64,000 bases of DNA from a virus, in IMG/VR virus record IMGVR_UViG_3300017783_000001; one strand, given 5' to 3'. The notes below the pieces were generated by a model. The model was not told where the DNA came from, searched no databases, and saw nothing but the letters and a program-made list of their open reading frames with translations. Shown here one piece after another: positions 10,570 to 20,078 of this stretch; positions within the stretch are counted from its first letter, which is position 1; every line of letters begins with the position of its first letter. The position numbers and the translations under genes were made by a program.

Positions 10570-11326
10570 AACTTATATACTCCACATTCTTACATTCTTC
10601 CCATTCAGGAATATTAACATTTAACATATTCTTTCTATTTACTTTATAAAACTTTACCCAATGATTTAACTTGAATAGTTTACGCCATTGTAATATCCAA
10701 TCTTGTAAATAATATTGACTAGGGTGTGTATCAGATTTGTAAAAAGGTTGACCAGCATATATGTTATTAAATTTACTTGACATACTATATATGTCGTGTC
10801 CTATTAGATACACTTCTTTCAATTCTGCTATTTCTTTACAAGCAACATAACCACTTGCAGGACCTGTTGCCCAAGTTAATGTATCACCGTCATCAACTAA
10901 ATCTGTAAAACTTTTTACTTTATCAGCTGTCAACCAACTAACATTGACCATATTCTTTCCTGTTTCTTTATCATTATATCCGTGTAAAACAAAACTATCA
11001 GAACCTACTCTTTGATTTTCTATAAGTAAACCTGAATTTCTAATTGCTCTTATATGTCTATACCCTGGAAAGAAACCTGATAACATAGTCTCATAATGAG
11101 CGTGTGGTATAGGTGCCCAATCTCTAAAATAACATTTTGCAGTATAAGAATAACCTGATTGATAAATGCTGTGCATAACAGGATGGTCCATCGCAACTAA
11201 AATATCAGGTGCAAAATCTTTGTATAGATTATTACAACCTATTATAACACCTCTTCCTTTTATAGTAGAAAATTTAAAACCTTTTCTACTTTGACCATTA
11301 CCTATAAGAAACGCTCTATTTGCCAT
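10532..11326 (-). CDS. Maf/DUF115-like putative glycosyltransferase
   Basis: AFLIGNGQS...IGCNNLY...PDILVAMD...EVYLIGHD motifs typical of the Maf/CstII/DUF115 Rossmann-like group. Confidence 0.55.
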   Translation of the reverse strand: MANRAFLIGNGQSRKGFKFSTIKGRGVIIGCNNLYKDFAPDILVAMDHPVMHSIYQSGYSYTAKCYFRDWAPIPHAHYETMLSGFFPGYRHIRAIRNSGLLIENQRVGSDSFVLHGYNDKETGKNMVNVSWLTADKVKSFTDLVDDGDTLTWATGPASGYVACKEIAELKEVYLIGHDIYSMSSKFNNIYAGQPFYKSDTHPSQYYLQDWILQWRKLFKLNHWVKFYKVNRKNMLNVNIPEWEECKNVEYISYERMETQTRSIS

Positions 11327-12287
11327 ATTTAAAACTATAAGTATCTAACAGATACCTATACCCATTACAACCATCTTTTAAAGTTTTAACATATCTATAG
11401 TGTTCAGTTAAACATCTACCTAGATATTCACACTTACGACATATATCAGAAATATTTTGTTCTTTCTCTTTTTGACACCATACTTCGTAATCAGCAAAAC
11501 TATCAAGTTCTAAAAAATACTCATTATCATCTTTATCAAAGTCTAGTACAGCAAATTTACCATTAGGTGTAATGTACAAGTGGTCATCGCTATATGCGTT
11601 ATAATTACTATTAAGAGAATCTTTTATGTTCAATTCATTAATAAATGGAAATGGATTGTTCTTAAATGTTTCTTTACTTTGTGTGTTTTTATATTCTAAT
11701 ATCACTCTTAATATAAAATCTTCAAAGTCAGCGTGTGTCGCACCTAATTGATTTGCTTGATTTGTACTATAAGGTTTAATTTCAAATCCTTTAAAGTTTT
11801 TATTATCTATTGATAGATGGTTCATCTTTGTCAAAATATCTTGTGGCGATTTTTTCATAACTTCTGGAGTTGCCAACATTAAAACAGAAAATTCAACAGG
11901 TAAAGTTTTCATATTTTCAAAAACTTGTTCGTGTTTCTCTCTAGTATCCATATCATAACTAACACTTATAAAATATTCAGGATTCATAAACTCACTTCTT
12001 ACCATAGATAAGTTTGTGTTTATATTAATCTTGTCTTTATAATATATCTTAATTGCATTAGTAATCTTTTCTAGGTTATCTTCTTTTAATACACCTATCT
12101 CACCACCATACAAATCAATGTGTTCTATATCTCTATGAGTTTGTACTTCATTTAATAGTTCACTTAACTTAAAGTGGTCAATACATTTTTTATCACCTAA
12201 TTGGTCAGGTGTAAGATAACACCAATGACATCTAAAATTACAGAAATAAGATGGATTGATTGATAGATTAATCTTCGGCTTCGTCAT
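11316..12287 (-). CDS. Radical SAM enzyme 4 with a degenerate SPASM-like C-terminus
   Basis: CNFRCHWC (CxxxCxxC), YGGE motif and C-terminal CRKCEYLGRCLTEH...C. Confidence 0.85.
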   Translation of the reverse strand: MTKPKINLSINPSYFCNFRCHWCYLTPDQLGDKKCIDHFKLSELLNEVQTHRDIEHIDLYGGEIGVLKEDNLEKITNAIKIYYKDKININTNLSMVRSEFMNPEYFISVSYDMDTREKHEQVFENMKTLPVEFSVLMLATPEVMKKSPQDILTKMNHLSIDNKNFKGFEIKPYSTNQANQLGATHADFEDFILRVILEYKNTQSKETFKNNPFPFINELNIKDSLNSNYNAYSDDHLYITPNGKFAVLDFDKDDNEYFLELDSFADYEVWCQKEKEQNISDICRKCEYLGRCLTEHYRYVKTLKDGCNGYRYLLDTYSFKYGK

Positions 12288-12843
12288 AGTTCAATTCCTC
12301 AATGGACTTTAATAACATTTTTTTACATCTACTAAACATTAGTTTTCTAATAATATTTTGTTTCCAGTTTCTATCACTTTGAAATAATCCTATCCAGAGA
12401 TAGTTATACTCCATATGATTTCTCATAAACAATCTATTGAGTTCAGCATACTCTTGTTCTTTTTCTAAAGTGTAATCTACTCTTTCTAATAGTTCACCTT
12501 TAACATTTGCTTGTTGTTCTTTTATCTTGTACGATATACCTGGTATGTGCATTGTCTTTGCAATTATATCGTTTATTCTATCTAACTTGTTTTTACCACC
12601 TAGTGCCAACATTATATAAAATGGCATATGGTGTTTCTTTGAGAAGTGTCCTTCACAACTTGATATTGGAAGAAAACCTTTTCTAATAAATTCGTGGCAA
12701 TGAGGTAGTACACCTTTCTCAACTTCATTGTCAAAATCTTTATCAAATGGACTTACTGATAGAGCTAGATACCCATTTGAATAATCTAAATCTTGTTCTT
12801 GCGAGGCGTGTATTCTGCCGTTTGGAAATATTTTATTTTTCAT
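12268..12843 (-). CDS. Hypothetical protein with a TYW3-like SSCxGH motif
   Basis: VEKGVLP...KGFLPISSCEGH resembles the TYW3 N-terminal motif; function uncertain. Confidence 0.45.
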   Translation of the reverse strand: MKNKIFPNGRIHASQEQDLDYSNGYLALSVSPFDKDFDNEVEKGVLPHCHEFIRKGFLPISSCEGHFSKKHHMPFYIMLALGGKNKLDRINDIIAKTMHIPGISYKIKEQQANVKGELLERVDYTLEKEQEYAELNRLFMRNHMEYNYLWIGLFQSDRNWKQNIIRKLMFSRCKKMLLKSIEELNYDEAED

Positions 12844-13385
12844 ATATTATAATCAAAACATCCTACAATTCGTTCATTGTTAATTAATTTAAATTTGCCA
12901 ACTCTATGTTCCCATACTTTACTATGATTTAAAAATATTAAATCATTCTTACCTGGATATAACCAACAAGACAATTCTTTTGTTTGTTTGTTTCTTACTG
13001 ATAAAGAACCACCTTGTTCTTTATTACAGGCACTTGTAAAGTACATTAATATAGCAATGTTTGCTCCTTCTTTCAAATCATTGTGCCATAGTGTACTTTC
13101 ATAGTCTACACCATTGACAATTTGTGGTCGTCCGTGTAATTTGTATTTACTAGACACCTTACTAATATATTTATCACCCAAATATTTGTGGGTTGTGGCG
13201 AGTGCGTGTGCAACCTTTTCAGTATGAACAGCAACCGTATACTCTTTATCTGATTCTACAAAAGGTATTTGTACACCTTCAAAGAATTTAAATGGTGTAA
13301 GGTCTTTATGTGGCCATACTCCATTTATTATCAGATTTGATAAATCGTGTTCACCCCTCACTTGTCCATCTCCATTTAATTGCAA
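12840..13385 (-). CDS. 2OG-Fe(II) oxygenase
   Basis: WHND...LMYF...GGSL...WEHRV...R: HxD...H triad plus Arg. Confidence 0.75.
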   Translation of the reverse strand: MQLNGDGQVRGEHDLSNLIINGVWPHKDLTPFKFFEGVQIPFVESDKEYTVAVHTEKVAHALATTHKYLGDKYISKVSSKYKLHGRPQIVNGVDYESTLWHNDLKEGANIAILMYFTSACNKEQGGSLSVRNKQTKELSCWLYPGKNDLIFLNHSKVWEHRVGKFKLINNERIVGCFDYNI

Positions 13386-13803
13386 GTCTTGTCTTTTCTC
13401 CCCAATAAGGCATTGCCCTATGTATTAAATGAGAGTCCATAATAAACATTGCGTTTTGTCTAAAGTCATAAGTCTCGTCTTCAACTTGTATCTGACCACC
13501 TTTGTTTAAATCACCTTGTAGATATAATATAATAGTCTTTTCTCCTTCTACATCGCTGTCAGTATGAAAACCTATTATATTTTTATTTTCATCTTTACTA
13601 TTTACAGAAATAACATATCTAACAATACAATGTTTTAATCCAGGTACATTTAATTTACAAATACTATCTGCCCACTTCCAATCATCTGGTAATTTCTTGT
13701 GAACATTCTTATCATAGATAGGATATTCTTTTCCTAGATTACCTAATTCACCAATCATATGATTAAGTTCTAAACTTGTCATTACATTATGTTTAACTTG
13801 CAT
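13351..13803 (-). CDS. 2OG-Fe(II) oxygenase
   Basis: FHTD...TIILYL...GGQ...IHRA...R. Confidence 0.8.
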   Translation of the reverse strand: MQVKHNVMTSLELNHMIGELGNLGKEYPIYDKNVHKKLPDDWKWADSICKLNVPGLKHCIVRYVISVNSKDENKNIIGFHTDSDVEGEKTIILYLQGDLNKGGQIQVEDETYDFRQNAMFIMDSHLIHRAMPYWGEKTRLAIKWRWTSEG

Positions 13804-14887
13804 ATTCTTTCTCGTAAGGTGTCATTTGTATATATGGTTTATTATTTGCGACTAAAATATCGTGTCCTATTCTTTTCATCTTCTCACAATGTTTTTCTAC
13901 AACTCCTGCTTCTTTGTAATCTTTAACGGTCTTTCTACAACCATTACATATATTAAACATAGGACAACTATAACAACTTTTCTTCATTGTAGATAAATTT
14001 AAATCATCTTGTAAAGGTGTAAAAAACTTACCTTTCATTTCTTCTTCAAAGTCTATCTCTTTGTCTTTATCATCACCAAATGCACCACAACTATAGTAGT
14101 CGCCATCTGGTTGTAAACATCTTATACCTTCATCACATTTTCTACTTAACGGACAACTCGTAGCAGTATCATTAATTGCTAACATCATCTGTCTAGTATT
14201 AAACTCCCAAGGCGCTAAACCTGCCTTATAAATCTCTACATACTTCTCATATATATCTGATAACAAAAACGGCTCTTTTTGTTCGCCACTTGCCATTGCA
14301 TAATTTAACTTACATTCTACACCTGTCTTCTCTTCTCTCCAGAAGTTATGTAATGTGCCTTCAGGTATTTTCTGTTCAGACATCTTCTTTGCAAGTTCAA
14401 CATTCTTTATTGCGTTGTGTTCATTCTCTCTTGTAATAACAGATATAAAGTCTGGTCTATAACCACAATGTTCTAACATTGCGTTTGAACACTTCCAAAA
14501 GTCTTCTTCTGTAAATTCTGAATAGTCACCTTTTAATCTACCACCACCATATTGAAAAGAAGTTGTAATACCAACTCTTTCGTTATTAAATAAGTCAACC
14601 CACTTACTAGGTTTCTTATAGAACGGCCACAAGTTTGTTGTTAATGCAAGTGAAGTAGTATATTCTTTTTCATCTAACCAATTAATAATCTTCCAATAGT
14701 AATCAGGTTCCATCATTAATGGATCACCACCGTTTACTATGATTGTTTTTGTTTCTGGGAATCTTTCTAAAAAACGAAATATCTGGTCGTGTTTTAACCA
14801 GTTCTTTTTCTCATCTGTAAGTTGTGTACTAGAGCAAAATGTACATTTGAAATTACAAAGTTCAGTAGGTTTAATTATTAAGTCCAT
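13793..14887 (-). CDS. Radical SAM/SPASM enzyme 3
   Basis: Likely start MDLIIKPTELCNFKCTFC, GGDP motif, SPASM cysteines C...C...GDYYSC...CYSCPMFNICNGC...C. Confidence 0.9.
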   Translation of the reverse strand: MDLIIKPTELCNFKCTFCSSTQLTDEKKNWLKHDQIFRFLERFPETKTIIVNGGDPLMMEPDYYWKIINWLDEKEYTTSLALTTNLWPFYKKPSKWVDLFNNERVGITTSFQYGGGRLKGDYSEFTEEDFWKCSNAMLEHCGYRPDFISVITRENEHNAIKNVELAKKMSEQKIPEGTLHNFWREEKTGVECKLNYAMASGEQKEPFLLSDIYEKYVEIYKAGLAPWEFNTRQMMLAINDTATSCPLSRKCDEGIRCLQPDGDYYSCGAFGDDKDKEIDFEEEMKGKFFTPLQDDLNLSTMKKSCYSCPMFNICNGCRKTVKDYKEAGVVEKHCEKMKRIGHDILVANNKPYIQMTPYEKEYAS

Positions 14888-15471
14888 TTTCCTATCCAAT
14901 CAAATCCTGTATTACATTCTCTATTTCTAATCCAATAATCTTTTAGTTTGCCTTCAATAACTTTGTCAAATCCAAACTGCCACATTATTTCTCTATGATA
15001 TGGTTCTTTTTGTGCTCTCATCTGATTCATTGTTAAGTGTAACCAATCAAAGTAAGTACCAGACGGACATAATATATCTCTACCTTTAAATATGTTTATT
15101 GTATCACACCACATATGTCTAATTAGTTTTCTGTTTTCTGTCATAGGTCTATTCTTCATATATCCTGCGTACTTTAAAGAACCGACTATAATGTACTCAT
15201 CATAGATATGAAACATTCCTACACCCTTAATATAAGTGTTAGGCCTCTTGTTTTGAACCCATTGTCTTTCACCTATTGTCTTTTGTGCAATCTCATATAG
15301 TTCACCATCTTCTTCTTTCTTGCCCAGCCACAAAAACATATGTGCTTGTCTACCATCAATTCTAGGTAGATACGGTTTCTCAACTGGAAAGTTATCTAGT
15401 TGTACTTCTATATGTTTAGGAAAATTATAAGGTAAATTAGTTTGCGATATAGTTTCGCTGTAATCGTACAT
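14878..15471 (-). CDS. Hypothetical protein of the radical SAM cluster
   Basis: Long ORF between rSAM genes. Start taken at MYDYSETIS; the track start is 15510. Confidence 0.6.
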   Translation of the reverse strand: MYDYSETISQTNLPYNFPKHIEVQLDNFPVEKPYLPRIDGRQAHMFLWLGKKEEDGELYEIAQKTIGERQWVQNKRPNTYIKGVGMFHIYDEYIIVGSLKYAGYMKNRPMTENRKLIRHMWCDTINIFKGRDILCPSGTYFDWLHLTMNQMRAQKEPYHREIMWQFGFDKVIEGKLKDYWIRNRECNTGFDWIGKWT

Positions 15472-16489
15472 CTTCAATATATCTGTGCGTAAGTTTGTAA
15501 ACACATTCATCCAACTCCTCCTTATATCTATAATCGTGGTTCATAAAACAGCCAAGTGTACATCTATCTAAAAATTCGCAACTACTACAATTATACTTCT
15601 CTAGGAAAGAGTTTTCTATTATACTATTGTCTCTAGGTTTAATGGGCGACTTGTATTGACTTATATCTTGTTCTTCTTGTACAAGGTTACCACATTGACA
15701 TAATGTACCATCTGCTAATACAAGTTTTGAAACTCTACAACTTGCATAATTCTTTTTGTTAAATATCCAATCTCTAACAGGATGAACATTAGGATATTTG
15801 TCAACACAATGTTTAAAAAACTTTAATAATAGTTCATCACTAGGCATATTAAACTTTGCGTGTTCATCTGGCATATAGTAATCAAAGTAAATATACTTAC
15901 CTTGTTCATACAGATAGTCAAAGTATTCATCGCCTTCATTTAAATAAAAGTTAATATTAGGTCTTGTAAGTAAACAAGAAAAACAGGTTACTTCATCACC
16001 CCAATAATCTACATTAGATTTAAATATTTCAAAGTCTTTTTTATTAAATCTACCTCGTGGGTCATAACTTGTTGTAAGTCTACAAGGTATATCTTCTTCT
16101 CTGGACCATTTGAGTAAGTCCATAATAAGTTCATTACCATCAGGTGATGTAACCAAGTTAGATACCCAATTGATTGAAAATTCTTTATCGTACTTTTGAC
16201 ATATCTTTTGTATGCCTTTTGATAGGAGTTTGTAACCTTCATTTAAACTTCTGTTATAGATTGCAGGTGCAAAGACTTCACCACCCATAATATTAAAGGT
16301 GACCTTCATATACATTTCTTTTGAAACAAATTTTTCTATAGAGGGAAGTTTATCAACCACATTATCAACACCAATTTTATTGTCGTGGTTCTGCCAACAG
16401 AAATTACAACGCAAATTACAAAATTCAAATAAATGAATAGTGTACTCTTGCTCTGGGTCTCTTTTGGGGTCTATTAAAAACTCTCGCAT
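15437..16489 (-). CDS. Radical SAM/SPASM enzyme 2
   Basis: CNLRCNFC, MGGE, SPASM C...DGTLCQC...CSSCEFLDRCTLGC...C; SD AGGAG. Confidence 0.9.
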   Translation of the reverse strand: MREFLIDPKRDPEQEYTIHLFEFCNLRCNFCWQNHDNKIGVDNVVDKLPSIEKFVSKEMYMKVTFNIMGGEVFAPAIYNRSLNEGYKLLSKGIQKICQKYDKEFSINWVSNLVTSPDGNELIMDLLKWSREEDIPCRLTTSYDPRGRFNKKDFEIFKSNVDYWGDEVTCFSCLLTRPNINFYLNEGDEYFDYLYEQGKYIYFDYYMPDEHAKFNMPSDELLLKFFKHCVDKYPNVHPVRDWIFNKKNYASCRVSKLVLADGTLCQCGNLVQEEQDISQYKSPIKPRDNSIIENSFLEKYNCSSCEFLDRCTLGCFMNHDYRYKEELDECVYKLTHRYIEDVRLQRNYIAN

Positions 16490-16497
16490 TTTAACTC

Positions 16498-17613
16498 CTA
16501 TGAGTTAGCGAATAGTCTGTATTTTCCTAATGTGTCTGTATCGTTAGATTTCTTTAATGAGAATAGATATTGTAAAAATGTATAATTAATATTTCCAATA
16601 TCAAATCTAGGAATAAAAGATAGACTAGATGGACTATTCACCGTTTCAGTTATAATTGTATCAAAATCGTTTGAAGATAAACTTGAATCACAAGCCTTAT
16701 CTAAATGATTCATAAAGTAATCAGGATCCGGAGAGTTTTGGAAATCATATAGGTCTTTAATTAAAGTTTTCAATGCAGTTTGTTTGTCTGTTGAAAGACC
16801 GTCAATGTTTGCAATATTTACAGCGCCGACATTTGCAGTAGGTTTTTGTGTAAATACATCTTCGTCAGCAAATGGTGCTAATGGTGTAATACCTGAAAAT
16901 GGATTGTCATTATTCAAATCAACATCAGCACTAGTATAACCTAATGCAGTTTGTTGATTAGTATTTAAAAGATTTAGAGCAGCACCTTCTCTACTATCTG
17001 TTAACACTTCTTTATAAAATCTTTTTAAGAATAAATGCCAAGTAGACAATAAGTTTGCTTGGTGAGTATCAGCACCAGCAAAGTATTCGCCTAATAATAA
17101 TTCAATTGAGAAATTTAAATTAAGAGCTTTAATTCTATCTAAATCAAGTGTAGGTAATACATTAAAATATCCTGCAACATCTCCTAGACCAGCATTAATT
17201 TTTGTTAATGCAAGTGTGTGAGTTGGTTGCAATTGTGTATTTGCAATAATTTTTTCGTGGTGTAAATGAATATCTAAAAACTTCTGTACTGCTGTTTGGT
17301 CAGCAAATGGTAACATAGTTTTTAACCAGGTTACTGATAAGTTTAAGTATGCTTCACTATCGCAGTAAATAATAACTTTAGTACCTAGAGTACCTTGTTT
17401 AGATTTTACATCTTCAAAGAAACCAGTTAAGTCATCATACTTACCTGCCATTTCATTAACATTGTGAGAGTAGTTAATTAAAGTTCCTCTATATGTAGTT
17501 TGTAGTTCCTGGTGCATTTCATTACCAGTTTCTGCTGATATTACATATCTGTTTGTATGACAATCTATTGAATCGTCAAACGCTAAATAAACTTTATTAA
17601 ATAAGTGTAGCAT
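16498..17613 (-). CDS. Hypothetical protein of the radical SAM cluster
   Basis: 371 aa, translationally coupled, no recognisable catalytic motif. Confidence 0.65.
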   Translation of the reverse strand: MLHLFNKVYLAFDDSIDCHTNRYVISAETGNEMHQELQTTYRGTLINYSHNVNEMAGKYDDLTGFFEDVKSKQGTLGTKVIIYCDSEAYLNLSVTWLKTMLPFADQTAVQKFLDIHLHHEKIIANTQLQPTHTLALTKINAGLGDVAGYFNVLPTLDLDRIKALNLNFSIELLLGEYFAGADTHQANLLSTWHLFLKRFYKEVLTDSREGAALNLLNTNQQTALGYTSADVDLNNDNPFSGITPLAPFADEDVFTQKPTANVGAVNIANIDGLSTDKQTALKTLIKDLYDFQNSPDPDYFMNHLDKACDSSLSSNDFDTIITETVNSPSSLSFIPRFDIGNINYTFLQYLFSLKKSNDTDTLGKYRLFANS

Positions 17614-17614
17614 A

Positions 17615-18280
17615 TTATTTTTTCTCTTTACTTTTTAAATATTCTTTAGTATCAAATTTACCTTCGGCAACTGCCCAAGTTAATAAGAATAATGGATTAC
17701 TTTCTGTTGCCCAATATTCAAATAAAGATTTACCTTTAAACATATAATCTTTAAAGTACTTTGTATAGTTCTTAACAATACTTTCTTTTGGTATTTGATA
17801 ATAACTATAAAATTCTTTGTGTTTTAATAATGAAACAAAGTTAATACCTCTAACATCTTCTGTCTCGTCTTTAGGATAACTTTCAACAAATTCATTAAAA
17901 GCACCTTCACCAACAATTGACATATTATATAATGGTAAACTTTCTAATTTACTTTCCCATTTGTCAAGTATCTCTTTATTCTTTTCTATAACACTCTTAT
18001 ATTTATCTGTCTTTGTCAACCCTTTGTGTTCAAATAATACAGCGATTACTTCTTTTTCTAATTTAGGTATATTTACTAACATTTGTGTGTTAAGATATTC
18101 ACTAATTAGTTCTTCGTCCATATTCTTAATATCACAAGGTATATCTAAATTACTTAAATATGTTAAAAACTGAGCACCTTTTAATGTGCTGTTTTCGTAA
18201 TCAATAAGATAACTTTCTGTCTTATCTTCAAAGTATTTTTTTAAGTCTTTCAATTCAATTGGTACAATACTATTAATCAT
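17615..18280 (-). CDS. Hypothetical protein directly downstream of the putative precursor
   Basis: 221 aa, TAATG-coupled to the CHSS-repeat gene. Confidence 0.65.
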   Translation of the reverse strand: MINSIVPIELKDLKKYFEDKTESYLIDYENSTLKGAQFLTYLSNLDIPCDIKNMDEELISEYLNTQMLVNIPKLEKEVIAVLFEHKGLTKTDKYKSVIEKNKEILDKWESKLESLPLYNMSIVGEGAFNEFVESYPKDETEDVRGINFVSLLKHKEFYSYYQIPKESIVKNYTKYFKDYMFKGKSLFEYWATESNPLFLLTWAVAEGKFDTKEYLKSKEKK

Positions 18281-19053
18281 TATCTTCTTCCTCTACTTCC
18301 GTGGCAACTACTATGACAACTACTATGACATATAGTTTTTGATAGTGTGTAAGTGTTACCTCTTTCAGTATTATATGCGTTTGCAAGTGTTGTCATAAAT
18401 CCTTCTAAATTTGTATCTTCAATAACTTGACCTGGTTGTAAACTACTAGGTTGTGATGGATTTAATGTTGTTCTTTGTGCAGTTGTTAAGTGTGCAATTT
18501 GTGTATCTGAATATTGTGTTCCTGCACCTGTCATACTAACTATAGCGTATGTATTTTTAATATTAGTATAATTATTCATTTCTGCTTTTAGTGTACCGTA
18601 AATATTGTTTGCAGAAATTAATGAACCTGCATTACCAATATTACCACCTGTTATACCAATAGATACAGCACTTACTTCTTGTAAAGTGTTAACCGTTCCT
18701 ACAGCACCTGAAGAAGTGCCTGATATAATATCGTTTTGTATAAATCCTGTTTGACCTGCACCTGGATTAATGTTTCTTAATTTTAATACATTGCTTGAAT
18801 AACTAACTACGATACCAGTTGTTGCAGTTATAGTAGCGTTAACCGTTTCACCTGCTGAATAAGTTCCGGTTACACCTGTTAGTGTTAATTCAAATCCGTC
18901 AACAACACCACCAAAATCAGAAGCAGAAAATGAAGAGTGTCCTGGTAGATTATCAGTACCCCATACAATATGGTGGTCTGCTATATCAGTTACCAGTTCC
19001 TCAAATCTATCAACTATGTTTTGACTTGTTATCGGGTTGTTTAAAGTTACCAT
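18280..19053 (-). CDS. Virion-like protein with C-terminal CHSSCHSSCHGSRGRR; putative radical SAM modification substrate
   Basis: 257 aa, Gly/Ser/Thr-rich like the structural proteins. Contains the baseplate-type GETV..T...G.V...F...D.I.G.SSGA module and a Cys/His repeat tail. Confidence 0.75.
   Translation of the reverse strand: MVTLNNPITSQNIVDRFEELVTDIADHHIVWGTDNLPGHSSFSASDFGGVVDGFELTLTGVTGTYSAGETVNATITATTGIVVSYSSNVLKLRNINPGAGQTGFIQNDIISGTSSGAVGTVNTLQEVSAVSIGITGGNIGNAGSLISANNIYGTLKAEMNNYTNIKNTYAIVSMTGAGTQYSDTQIAHLTTAQRTTLNPSQPSSLQPGQVIEDTNLEGFMTTLANAYNTERGNTYTLSKTICHSSCHSSCHGSRGRR
18283..18330 (-). repeat. 12-nt tandem repeat encoding (CHxS)3-RGRR
   Basis: TGTCATAGTAGT TGTCATAGTAGT TGCCACGGAAGT AGAGGAAGAAGA immediately before the stop. 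Confidence 0.9.
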
Positions 19054-20078
19054 TTCGCCTCACTTTGTTTTTTTAAGTGCTTCATAAGAGATTTAGGAGC
19101 ACCACATATATTATCTTGCCACGCTAATTGGTGACAATCGCCACCACAATACTTAAATACTTCACATTCAAAGCATTTAGGATTTCTTGCTACTTCACAA
19201 GCAACATTTTCTAATCTCTTAGGACTATTTATAAGTTCTACTAGAGGGTCATCTATAGTTCCAAAATTAAACTCTGGAGCTGCGTTAGGACAACCACCTA
19301 TTGTGCCAGTTGCGTTAAGTGTAAATAGTTTTTGTTCACAATCTCGGCAAAATGTACCATCTTTTGTTGAACCAGTCTCAAATTTTGAATAAATTGTCTC
19401 AAAAAACTCATTATCAAACCAATCTCTTGTATTATATTCAATAGATTGTTCGTGCATTTTCAAAAACCACTTGTCTTGTTCTATATTACTAGGAAATATC
19501 TCTGGATGTAAGTTTGCATTACCATTTCCAGTCAATCTTTCTAGTGCCATTTCTTTTACACCCAAATCTCTAACCCATTTTAGTAATTCAATAGGTTCAA
19601 TTCTAATTGTGTCTTTGGTTACTGATATGAATAGTTTAATATCAACACCTTCACTAATTAAAGTCTCTACATTCTTACGCCATAAGTTTGCTTGCTTCTC
19701 ATTTGCAAATCTTATGTTAGGATCCCAACTAGTTCCACATCTATTTTTAAGTGGACCTTTGATAAAGTCAATATGTTCTTGTTTTAGTTTAAATGTTAAG
19801 TTAGAAGTTATGCCCATTGATTGATGTTCCCACAAATTCTTTGTGGCGTCATAGACATATTGCATTTCAGACACAGGAACTAAAAACGGTTCGCCACCGT
19901 GTAGTTCTAAATGTGCTGTATCGTGTTTTTGAAAATTATATTTTCTGAAATTTTTAAGCCACTTGATAGTCTTATCTGGATTCCAGTAGACTTTAGGACC
20001 ATTAGTACCTGAAGTAAAGCAATGTTTACAATTTAGATTACAGGTCTCGGTTGTTTTAAGATAAAACATCCAATTCAT
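19047..20078 (-). CDS. Radical SAM/SPASM enzyme 1
   Basis: Likely start MNWMFYLKTTETCNLNCKHC (TAATG-coupled), HGGEP motif, full SPASM CRDC...GGC...CFECEVFKYCGGDC...C. Confidence 0.92.
   Translation of the reverse strand: MNWMFYLKTTETCNLNCKHCFTSGTNGPKVYWNPDKTIKWLKNFRKYNFQKHDTAHLELHGGEPFLVPVSEMQYVYDATKNLWEHQSMGITSNLTFKLKQEHIDFIKGPLKNRCGTSWDPNIRFANEKQANLWRKNVETLISEGVDIKLFISVTKDTIRIEPIELLKWVRDLGVKEMALERLTGNGNANLHPEIFPSNIEQDKWFLKMHEQSIEYNTRDWFDNEFFETIYSKFETGSTKDGTFCRDCEQKLFTLNATGTIGGCPNAAPEFNFGTIDDPLVELINSPKRLENVACEVARNPKCFECEVFKYCGGDCHQLAWQDNICGAPKSLMKHLKKQSEAKW

Noticed and set aside
18283-18330. CHSSCH as a c-type heme-binding motif
   Set aside because: The spacing is CxxxCH in overlapping repeats, there is no signal peptide, and the context is rSAM rather than cytochrome maturation. 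Not strictly excluded.
11316-20078. rSAM genes as DNA-modification (QueE-type), RNR-activase or sulfatase-maturase genes
   Set aside because: No queC/queD/folE/dpdA, nrdD or sulfatase gene is in the window; the SPASM domains and an adjacent Cys/His-repeat substrate fit peptide modification better.
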